From Perkinsela sp. CCAP 1560/9 (Eukaryota; Protista; Euglenozoa: Kinetoplastea): a stretch of 64,000 nucleotides of DNA. Shown here in pieces: positions 1 through 8,620 of the stretch. The stretch spans positions 310,001 to 374,000 of the forward strand of contig CBFFSA010000005.1 of NCBI GenBank assembly GCA_965644495.1. The letters are read 5' to 3'. The notes under the pieces are model-generated. The model made no database searches. It was not told where the DNA came from and worked only from the letters and a program-made list of their open reading frames with translations. Within the stretch, counting starts at the first letter, position 1. Every line of letters starts with the position of its first letter. A program made the translations under genes and the position numbers.

Positions 1-963
1 ATATCACCCGGCGCATATTCTACGTATCAGATACCATTTCGGGATATATTTCTCGCAGACTCTCACGGATTGTTGAAGAAATTGATGGAGGCTTCGCATG
101 TTGCACATTCGCGTACTCAACTGAGTCTGCTTGCTTTCTGTATTAGAACACACTGGAATTTTATTGCACAAACTCTCTTTGCATCCAAAACACTTAATGA
201 GATGGAAAATTATGTTGTCAACACAAAACAATCTATGGGTCTGCGGTTGGCGGCTGCGGATGTGTTGCGTGATACCTTCACAGCTTGTAGTCGAAGTGAT
301 GTATCTTCACTGGAAGGCTACCTTATCTCTACTTTGGATCTTCTTGCAGAACGTCGAACAAATAATTTACTTCGCACTTCGTTGTTATCTATCTTTACAA
401 CCTTGTATCAGAGACGATTTTGGGATACTTTGCTGGCTTTGCGAGACAAAAGCGATGTATTTGCACGTATACCTCCGCTGTTGTCACTCACCAGAGACAT
501 TGAAGAGCAAAAGAAGGTGTCTCTAAAGTGTGATTCGTTGTCGCCATCAGATTCGGTTATATTGGACGATGCGTTTTCACCAGAATTTGACGTGGACGTA
601 TGGGAAGAACAGTTTGCAAACCTTCAGGGTGTGGAAACGGAAACATTAGTAGAGCAAGCTCAAGACGAATATGATGAAAACATTGAACGCCTCGGATTGG
701 ACAAGCCTGAGGATTCCACGGTTACAGATGAAACAATGGATCAAGAAGAAACTCAAGTGGGGTCTACGAAAACCTTTCCAAAGACTTCTTTAAAATGTGG
801 ATCGCCCGCTCCTCGACTGAATATTTCCGTATTAAGTACCATAGCAAAGCTTTGTAAAAAACGTAGTTCAAGCACGGTGCCTCAAAGTGAGTCCAACGAG
901 AATGTCGGTGGTTCTGTTGAGCAGGACAACTTTTTTGATTCCTTACAAGGTGAGTCCGATTAG
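1..963 (+). CDS. 3' part of a hypothetical protein (helical region then acidic/low-complexity tail); begins before the window
   Basis: Frame 1 is open from base 1 to TAG at 961-963; same strand as all host genes; no family recognised. Confidence 0.7.
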   Translation: MSPGAYSTYQIPFRDIFLADSHGLLKKLMEASHVAHSRTQLSLLAFCIRTHWNFIAQTLFASKTLNEMENYVVNTKQSMGLRLAAADVLRDTFTACSRSDVSSLEGYLISTLDLLAERRTNNLLRTSLLSIFTTLYQRRFWDTLLALRDKSDVFARIPPLLSLTRDIEEQKKVSLKCDSLSPSDSVILDDAFSPEFDVDVWEEQFANLQGVETETLVEQAQDEYDENIERLGLDKPEDSTVTDETMDQEETQVGSTKTFPKTSLKCGSPAPRLNISVLSTIAKLCKKRSSSTVPQSESNENVGGSVEQDNFFDSLQGESD

Positions 964-1200
964 AATTGCCCACCTTCACAAGATAGTGTAGTTTAACAAT
1001 TCACTCCGTGCTTTTCGTGCGGCTGCAAAATGTGCACTACTGTATGATTTGTTGACAAGAGACGCAACTTAACAACTTGAATATTATCGATTTGTTTTCT
1101 TGCAGTACTTCTCTTTACTTTTCGACCCACAATTTGTCTTCCTTCATTCACACGATCTCCTCCCCTACATCTCCACAATGCCGCCCCCTTGACACCCCTC

Positions 1201-2715
1201 ATGACCTACGACCTTTCCTCTTCCATCACTCGCCGCGGTTCTCTTCCTCTCTGGGACATCTCCCACACAGGTGCTCTGGGAAACACACGAATGCAGGTCC
1301 CGGGTGTCGTCATCTCTCACCCGGACTACATGCAGGACATGCTCCGAGAGCTTCACGCGCGCCGTCCCCTCTCCCCACACGGCGGCTCCTCACCTTGTCT
1401 GCTTCAACTCGCCCATGCCGCCTCCCTCCCCGGGGCGGTGCTCCACGCTGTCGGGTTACCTGACATGCACACCGGGTATGGCTTTGCCATTGGCAATGCC
1501 GTAGCCACCGATTTCGAGGCCAACGGGGTGATCTGCCCCGGAGGGATTGGGTTTGACATCAACTGCGGGGTCCGGGTGCTGCGGACGAACCTAACGGTCG
1601 AGGCGTTCACCCCGGAGACCCGGGAGCGACTCGCTCAGGAGCTGTATAACCGGATATCGGTGGGGACCGCTACCCGGGACTTTGTAAAAATTAAGGAAAA
1701 AAATGTGGATGAGATTCTGGAGTGTGGGATGGATTGGGCGATTCGGGAGGGGTACGCCTGGGGAGAGGACGCGGACCGCTGTGAGGAGTTTGGACGGATG
1801 AGGTGTGGCGTGGCCGCGGCGGTATCCCACCGCTCTCGACGCCGAGGGGTGCCGCAACTCGGAACCCTGGGCTCTGGAAATCATTATCTGGAGGTCCAGG
1901 CGGTGGAGGAAATTTACAACCGCTCCGCGGCCTCCTGTTACGGTTTATTCCATGGACAGGTGGTAGTGATGCTTCACACTGGGTCCCGAGGTCTGGGCCA
2001 TCAAGTGGCCACAGATGCCCTGGCTGAGATGCCACGTGCGATGGCACGTGAGGGAATTACCGTCCCCGATCCCCAGCTGGGATGTGCCCCCATAAATTCT
2101 CCCGAGGGTAGGCAGTATTACCACGGCATGTGTGCGGCCGCGAACTTTGCTTTTGTGAATCGCAGCTGCGTGACCCACTGCGTCCGCCACGCTTTTTCCC
2201 AGTGCTTCCAGCAAACCCCCGATGAGATGGAACTGGACGTCTTATACGATGTAGCCCATAACGTCGCCAAGACGGAGGAGCACCCTGTACAGGGACGGCC
2301 GCGCACCGTGCTGGTGCATCGTAAAGGTGCTACACGCTCCTTGGGCCCCTTTCACCCATTGGTGCCAGTGGAGTACCAAAGGGTGGGTCAGCCTGTACTC
2401 GTTGGGGGTTCCATGGGCACCTGTTCGTGGATTTTGCACGGCACTACACAAGCCATGGAGCGCTCCTTGGCCACCACTTGTCACGGCGCAGGCAGAGCAC
2501 AAAGTCGGTCCCAGTCCCGGAGACAACCGGCGGGGGAGGTTTTACGAGGTCTGCGGGACCAGGGTATTGCCCTGCGCTGCGCGAATCCTGAAATGATCTC
2601 GGAGGAAGCCCCGGCAGCTTATCGGGATGTGAACCATGTAGTAGACATATGCGAGCAGGCGGAAATATCCAGAAAGGTTGCGAAGCTGCGGCCTTTGATT
2701 GTCATAAAGGGTTAG
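1201..2715 (+). CDS. RTCB: RNA-splicing ligase RtcB (eukaryote/archaeal type)
   Basis: Motifs LPDMHTGYGFAIG, PGGIGFDINCGVR, LGTLGSGNHYLE, HTGSRGLGH, YDVAHN, HRKGATR, HGAGR, EEAPAAY, C-terminal LRPLIVIKG; first ATG at 1201 (ORF track starts at TTG 1189). Confidence 0.96.
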   Translation: MTYDLSSSITRRGSLPLWDISHTGALGNTRMQVPGVVISHPDYMQDMLRELHARRPLSPHGGSSPCLLQLAHAASLPGAVLHAVGLPDMHTGYGFAIGNAVATDFEANGVICPGGIGFDINCGVRVLRTNLTVEAFTPETRERLAQELYNRISVGTATRDFVKIKEKNVDEILECGMDWAIREGYAWGEDADRCEEFGRMRCGVAAAVSHRSRRRGVPQLGTLGSGNHYLEVQAVEEIYNRSAASCYGLFHGQVVVMLHTGSRGLGHQVATDALAEMPRAMAREGITVPDPQLGCAPINSPEGRQYYHGMCAAANFAFVNRSCVTHCVRHAFSQCFQQTPDEMELDVLYDVAHNVAKTEEHPVQGRPRTVLVHRKGATRSLGPFHPLVPVEYQRVGQPVLVGGSMGTCSWILHGTTQAMERSLATTCHGAGRAQSRSQSRRQPAGEVLRGLRDQGIALRCANPEMISEEAPAAYRDVNHVVDICEQAEISRKVAKLRPLIVIKG

Positions 2716-2817
2716 TTTCAATTTGTTTGATTGCTGTTTTTTATAGTGTTAGATACAAACGGCGTCTATTCATCTTGACCACACACAGTCTCACAATTTT
2801 CTTCTAAAAACTCACAA

Positions 2818-4005
2818 ATGTCCTTTGCCGAACTTTTGGCGAACTACAGCGTTCCTCCGGACGTGATCGCAGGAAAGGCACCACCTAATATTCGTGCCGC
2901 ACAGTGTTTTCTCGTGTACGCCAATATTCACCCCACGATGTCCGTCGTAACTTTTCTTAATCGCATGAGCGACATCATGAAAACCGCCGCATGCGCCACC
3001 ACTCATTTGGACCTTAATTTTCTCGGTCTACAAGCCGAGCACCGCAAGGCGTTGGAAAAGCTTCTCGTCAACTGCCGCTCTCTTCTCTACCTCGACATAC
3101 GACGCGGCAACGCTGGCCTCCACAACGTCAAAGACCTTGAATGGCTCGAACACATCATCACCCAACGCAATCCAAAAATCCAAGCCATCCTCGTCCAACC
3201 CCAATCCTTTGGCTCCCGAACCCGCTCCCCCAACGGAAAACTCCTCACCTGGGAACTCACCGACACCATGGAAGACGCCACCCTCAAACTTCAACCCCCC
3301 TCTTCCCCCCATGATCCAACCTCCTCCTCCTCCTCACCACCCCCCTCTCTTCCCCTGCCCTCCCACCCCGGGGCCCCTCCCCCCTCCCACCCCTCCCCCT
3401 CCTCCCCCTCTTCCCCCCCTCCCGGCTCCATCCGCGACGCCGTCGCGCTCTTCCACGACCACCGCCTCGCCCCCGCGGACCTCTTCCGCGACCCCCGCGG
3501 CTTCGACCAAACCGTCGAGGCCCTCCGCGCCCGGGGCGAGACCCACCGGGCCGCCCACCTCGCCGCGGCCTCCAAGCTCATCTACGACGTGCTCCCGCTC
3601 TCCGTGGTGCGGTGGAGCGCCGGGCTGCTCGCCCCCGCCGGGCTCCAGGACCACCTGTACGACCCCGCGGTGCTGGAGAGCGTGCTGAGCCGGACCCACG
3701 CCGGGGGGAACCCCGGGGGGGTCCCGGTGCTGCGGCGGGCGCTGGACGTGGCCCGGCGGAACGTCGGGATCACGCTCCACCGCCACGGGTACACGGAGCG
3801 GGACGTGACGCTGGACCTTTCCGGGATTCGACGACGGGTGGAGCACCTGCGAGGGGAGGACCCGCAGGAGGCGGAGATGCTGGAGGAGGCGATGGAGAGG
3901 GCGTTGGAGTGGAAGCCGGAGTTTGGGCCGGGGCTGCGGAGGAGGAGCGTGTCGCGGGAGAGGTCGCAGGAGAGGAAGTACACGATGGTGCGGAGGAAGC
4001 GGTGA
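2818..4005 (+). CDS. Hypothetical protein: short RNI/LRR-like N-terminus, Pro/Ser linker, basic RS-like tail
   Basis: 395-aa ATG ORF; HLDLNFLGL...LLYLDIRRGN resembles LRR units; strong third-position bias in this frame. Confidence 0.7.
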   Translation: MSFAELLANYSVPPDVIAGKAPPNIRAAQCFLVYANIHPTMSVVTFLNRMSDIMKTAACATTHLDLNFLGLQAEHRKALEKLLVNCRSLLYLDIRRGNAGLHNVKDLEWLEHIITQRNPKIQAILVQPQSFGSRTRSPNGKLLTWELTDTMEDATLKLQPPSSPHDPTSSSSSPPPSLPLPSHPGAPPPSHPSPSSPSSPPPGSIRDAVALFHDHRLAPADLFRDPRGFDQTVEALRARGETHRAAHLAAASKLIYDVLPLSVVRWSAGLLAPAGLQDHLYDPAVLESVLSRTHAGGNPGGVPVLRRALDVARRNVGITLHRHGYTERDVTLDLSGIRRRVEHLRGEDPQEAEMLEEAMERALEWKPEFGPGLRRRSVSRERSQERKYTMVRRKR

Positions 4006-4418
4006 GGGGAGCGGGGGGGGTTCTTTGGGGGTGGGATGGGATGGGATGGAGGGGTATCCAATAAGGAGAAAAAATGTGAAGTTTTGGATGGGCAAACAAA
4101 GGAATGTACACCAACATAGTAAAATAATGTGCGTGTGGGTAGAATTATTTATAAAAACCGAGTTCGTTGCATCACGAAACAAAAGCAAAATTATCCCTCT
4201 ATCAGTTGCGCTAAGAAACCTCTTGAACTTCGTAAGTTTACCTTTCTATCCGTTTTTAGTAAAACCTTTTTACTACAGTACGGTACGACAACACTGCCAT
4301 GGTAACAAGCTATAGCAGCGATTCGATAGACATGAATGTTTATTTTTTGTCCTACATTCGGATTTTTATTGAGACGTTGTAGTTTTTTTACTGTAATTTT
4401 ACTGTAAGTAACAAAAAC

Positions 4419-5021
4419 ATGATTTCTCACCCGTTGCTCTTGCTTGTGCTGGGTGTGGGACCGTTGGGTTCTATGATCCCTTTTAACGCCCTCTCGGAGA
4501 ACGCGGTTGAGCCTCTCCGTCCCGAGACTTTTTTTGCTCCCCCTGAAGACCTGTTGGAGCTCTTCCGTGAGAAACGGTATCACATTGTTCCGGCGCCTGA
4601 TGCCACCCCGGGTCATCCTCAACTGTTTTACGCACTGGCACCCTACAGTGTAACTGTGTTGCAGAGTTTCGATTTGGCGGTACGAATTCAGCATCCCACA
4701 CTCTCCTTGATGCTCTCTAAATCATCGCTTTCCTTTTCGTATCTTGTAGTACATAGTGTACCCTCCACTCTGTCGTCGAAGAACGAGTTTTGTAATCATT
4801 GGAACTTTCGTTTCCGATTGGCCACGTGCTCTGTAGACGAGGCAGGGAGGTATCACCTGTACCATGAACTGCGCTTTGTTCAGGACCAGCCCGCAATGAA
4901 TTTGCTCGTGTTACAGGAGGCTATGAAGTACTTCGAGCGCAGCCTACAACTTTTTACCAAAAAAGTTGTCGAACAGCCTCATCGGGCAGTGGGCGCATCC
5001 GATCATGGATCGGAGTTATAG
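4419..5021 (+). CDS. Signal-peptide protein with YbjN-like (type III chaperone-like fold) domain
   Basis: Hydrophobic N-terminus LLLLVLGVG; FCNHWN...ATCSVDEAGRYHLYHEL...MKYFERSLQLF resembles the YbjN pattern (by eye). Confidence 0.5.
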   Translation: MISHPLLLLVLGVGPLGSMIPFNALSENAVEPLRPETFFAPPEDLLELFREKRYHIVPAPDATPGHPQLFYALAPYSVTVLQSFDLAVRIQHPTLSLMLSKSSLSFSYLVVHSVPSTLSSKNEFCNHWNFRFRLATCSVDEAGRYHLYHELRFVQDQPAMNLLVLQEAMKYFERSLQLFTKKVVEQPHRAVGASDHGSEL

Positions 5022-5281
5022 GATGACATACCACTGAGATGTTCGTATAGTTTGTAGCATGATAGCTTGTACGCAACACAGCATACAATACTGTGTTGTA
5101 GTAGTGCATGTAGTATTGTGATGCATGTAGAATGAAACTTGCTCGATTTTTCTCTTCATCTCACCTGGTGCTTGGGTGGCTGTTTATGTGAGAAATAAAG
5201 TTTTTTAAGGAAGAAGTGAAGTATCTGGGATAGGAGCTGATTTTGTAACTTCTCTAAAAATCTTCAAATTTTAGTTTCTAC

Positions 5282-8200
5282 ATGTCCTGCCCGGAACTTA
5301 AAAAAGTCATTGCCGCAAAGACAGAGCGGGTGAAAGGCATTGATGTCCATCCGACAGAGCCCTGGGTTATCTGCTCGCTTTATACTGGACAGGTCTGTCT
5401 ATGGAACTATACGACAAGCTCTCTTATGAAAACTTTCGAAATCTTGGACATTCCGATCCGCGCAGTGCGTTTCATTGCCGCTCAGAATTGGTTTGTTTGT
5501 GGGAGCGATGATGGATGTTGTCGGGTATATAATTACTACACAATGGAACGCATTGCTCAGTTTGACGCACATCAAGACTATATCCGTTCCATTGCTGTTC
5601 ATGCTACACTTCCCCTGGTACTCACTGCAAGCGATGATCACACCGTCAAGCTGTGGGACTTCTCGCAGGGATGGGCGCATGTACGAACTTATGAAGGACA
5701 CAGTCACTATGTGATGGCAGTCGTGTGGAATCCTAGGGAAGGTCCAAATTTTGCAACCGCGTCGCTCGACAATAAGGTGAAATTATGGAACACAACGACT
5801 TCTCGCGCTAATTTCAGTTTGGAACATGACAAAGGGGTTAACTGTGTAGCCTTTTATCCTGGTTCCGACAAGCCCTATCTAGTGAGTGGTACCGATGATG
5901 GAACTGTGTTCCTCTGGGATTTCCCCACGCGTAGTAAAATACACGTACTAAAAGGGCACACCAACAACGTTTCCTGCGTAGGGTTTCATGCTGATCTTCC
6001 CATTGTCGTGTCCGGAAGTGAAGATGAAAGCGTTCGACTGACCAGTCTTGCCAACTATCGTCTACAGAACACCCTACAACTTCGTATGGGTCGCGTGTGG
6101 GCTGTAGAAATGCATGCCAAAACTGGACTGTTGTGTGTCGGGATGGACCGCGGTATGGTCGCTCTTGCCCCAGTGACTCAAAATCAGAAACCGCTTGCCA
6201 TGGATGCGAACGGCAAGGTATTGTACGCTGAAAAGGAATCTATTTACCGAATTGACTTAAAGGCTACAAATTGTCAAGGGCAAGATGGGACACCGGTCCC
6301 TGTGACAGCAAAAGAACTTTCTACTATTGAAAATACACCGCTTCTGATTACGTACAACTCGAATAATCAATTTGCTTGCGTGCAAAGTGAGAAAGCGTAT
6401 GCCATATACACAACCCTCACTTGGAGGCCGAAAACATTCGGTGCAGGAATTTCTTTCGCATGGGGTCCAGAACCCGGTACATTCATTGTTTTGGAGACAT
6501 CATCGCACTTGAAATTCTTCCGCAGTTTTGCTGAATCCGATCTTCTTCGATTTTCTTCTTCGGTCAAAGCGGTGCACGGGGGAAACAGCTCAGTTTTTTC
6601 AGTCAGTGCGGTAGACATCATGACCTTCTACTCATGGGAGAGTTTGCAACCAGTAGGGAGCATTGCCGTTGCTGAAGAAGTGCAAAACGTCGAATGGAAT
6701 ACCACTGGTTCAATGGTTGCTTTAGCTACGAAGAAATCTATATACATTATGTCGTATGAGTCCAGTGCACATACAGACAGTGATAAGGCCTCAAAAGATA
6801 AAATTGTCTTCGTTTTACAAGATGAAATTTTGAAATATGCTCTTAGTGTGAGATGGGTGCGGAATGTTCTCTTAATCCTTAGCTCTGATGGCATATTATA
6901 TTATCGCGTTGGAGGTTTTACTGGGGAGATTGCACATGTCGCGCAGTTTGCAGGATTGATCGGTTACATTACCCGAGAGGAGCGAATCTATGTTTTGAAT
7001 CCCGAAGGAAGCGTGTCGAGTTTCCAATTTTCAGATGCAGTAGCTCTCTTTATGAGCCTTATTGCAGCTAAACAAATTGATTCGGCTAGGAATCTCATTA
7101 ATAAAATACCTAAAACTTGGAGAATACCCGTCGCAAAGTTTTTGGAAAGTCGGGATGAACGAAATCTCGCTCTTGCATTAGCAGATGAAAGCACCTTGAA
7201 ATTTAGACTGGCAATCTCACAACTGGATCTTACTCTTGCGTTTAAAGCAGCTTCTGAAACAAACAATATCTCGGATTGGAAGAAGTTGGCGGATTTGGCA
7301 ATGACTTTGGGCAATTTCGAATTGTCTGAGTCCGCGTTGCTTCAGGCCAAGGACTATGCTGGACTCTTATTACTTTATCATTCCACCGGAAACTGGAATG
7401 GAATTCGCGACCTGCTGGAAGCTACCAAGGCGAACAGGCAATTCAACGTTGCTTTTATGTGCGCTTTCACGCTTTCCGATGTAGCGTCATGTATAGATAT
7501 TTTGTTACTTGATTCCATGTTTCCACAAGCCGCAATATTTGCTCGCCGATGTCGCCTTGATCCGGAGATGCTGTCAAAAATCGTTCAGAAATGGAAAGCA
7601 GGGCTCCTCACGACAAATCCAAGCTTGGCGGAGCGAATAGCAGATCCTGTGGAGAATCCTGGGGATTTTTCTGATGTAGCCCCGCTCGCACCTTATACGG
7701 CAGAACTTATACGGCAGAACTTATCAGAAGAGGTAATTTCAACAGACACGGTAAATCGAGATTCGTGTTCACCGGAGCCTTCCAACGACGAAGCGATATA
7801 TTCGGAAAATGGAGAAATAAACGGCATGAAATCAGATGCTTCAAAATCGGGTTTGTCAGGGGAAGATAATTTTGAGTTTGAACACACACCAACACGTAAA
7901 AACGGAGTTGAGGATATAGTTTTACTAACACCTAATCAGTATGTGGATTCCCCTGTCTATCCCAGCGCGCCTGCACCTACGCCAGCGTCCCCACCCTCAG
8001 TCGCCAGTGAGCAAGGTCTAGAAGAAAAAACAGAGGTACGTGTCGATGATTGTATCCCCTCGTTTACAGCTGAATTGGATGAACTGAAGCTTAGAAGTTT
8101 TAAAGAGACATTAAACGGAGAGGACTGTATACTAACGCCTAAATCCTCGGCTAAGAATTTGTCTTTTGGGGAACTTGATGTGTATCCCAGTGCTACAGCT

Positions 8201-8338
8201 CATACTTCTGAGAACTCGGCCCTTGATTCTCCGGCAGCACAGGATGATATCGTCATGGAGGCAGAAAAACAGACAAAAACTTCCGATGTTCTGGATGAAT
8301 GGTTTGCTGATGAATCAAATTTTCAACCGACAAGGTGA
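5282..8338 (+). CDS. COPB2: Coatomer subunit beta' (COPI)
   Basis: RVKGIDVHPTEPW, AHQDYIRSIAVH, YEGHSHYVM, FATASLD, HDKGVNCV WD40 repeats, coatomer WDAD region, acidic tail. Confidence 0.96.
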   Translation: MSCPELKKVIAAKTERVKGIDVHPTEPWVICSLYTGQVCLWNYTTSSLMKTFEILDIPIRAVRFIAAQNWFVCGSDDGCCRVYNYYTMERIAQFDAHQDYIRSIAVHATLPLVLTASDDHTVKLWDFSQGWAHVRTYEGHSHYVMAVVWNPREGPNFATASLDNKVKLWNTTTSRANFSLEHDKGVNCVAFYPGSDKPYLVSGTDDGTVFLWDFPTRSKIHVLKGHTNNVSCVGFHADLPIVVSGSEDESVRLTSLANYRLQNTLQLRMGRVWAVEMHAKTGLLCVGMDRGMVALAPVTQNQKPLAMDANGKVLYAEKESIYRIDLKATNCQGQDGTPVPVTAKELSTIENTPLLITYNSNNQFACVQSEKAYAIYTTLTWRPKTFGAGISFAWGPEPGTFIVLETSSHLKFFRSFAESDLLRFSSSVKAVHGGNSSVFSVSAVDIMTFYSWESLQPVGSIAVAEEVQNVEWNTTGSMVALATKKSIYIMSYESSAHTDSDKASKDKIVFVLQDEILKYALSVRWVRNVLLILSSDGILYYRVGGFTGEIAHVAQFAGLIGYITREERIYVLNPEGSVSSFQFSDAVALFMSLIAAKQIDSARNLINKIPKTWRIPVAKFLESRDERNLALALADESTLKFRLAISQLDLTLAFKAASETNNISDWKKLADLAMTLGNFELSESALLQAKDYAGLLLLYHSTGNWNGIRDLLEATKANRQFNVAFMCAFTLSDVASCIDILLLDSMFPQAAIFARRCRLDPEMLSKIVQKWKAGLLTTNPSLAERIADPVENPGDFSDVAPLAPYTAELIRQNLSEEVISTDTVNRDSCSPEPSNDEAIYSENGEINGMKSDASKSGLSGEDNFEFEHTPTRKNGVEDIVLLTPNQYVDSPVYPSAPAPTPASPPSVASEQGLEEKTEVRVDDCIPSFTAELDELKLRSFKETLNGEDCILTPKSSAKNLSFGELDVYPSATAHTSENSALDSPAAQDDIVMEAEKQTKTSDVLDEWFADESNFQPTR

Positions 8339-8620
8339 TCAATCATCTAAAAAATCTTGGGTGGTCTAATTATTATTGAAATAAACTTTCTGCGGAGTTT
8401 CCTTATCTTCTTTACCTCGAATTCGACTTGCTTCGTGTAACTGACCTAATCACGTACATGAGTCATTGCATATAAATTTAGTTGTTATTAATTTAATTGT
8501 TCTGTGATTTATTACTTGATTGAGCGTTCTTGAAAATCCGTTGTTTGCTGTTTTTTTACAAGAAGCATAGTAATGTTTTGCAATATGTATAGTCGTCGAA
8601 TGCACGTGTAGAAGAAATGA

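Noticed and set aside
3028-4315. Many overlapping long ORFs on both strands
   Set aside because: Stop-codon depletion from extreme GC content; third-position bias supports only 2818-4005
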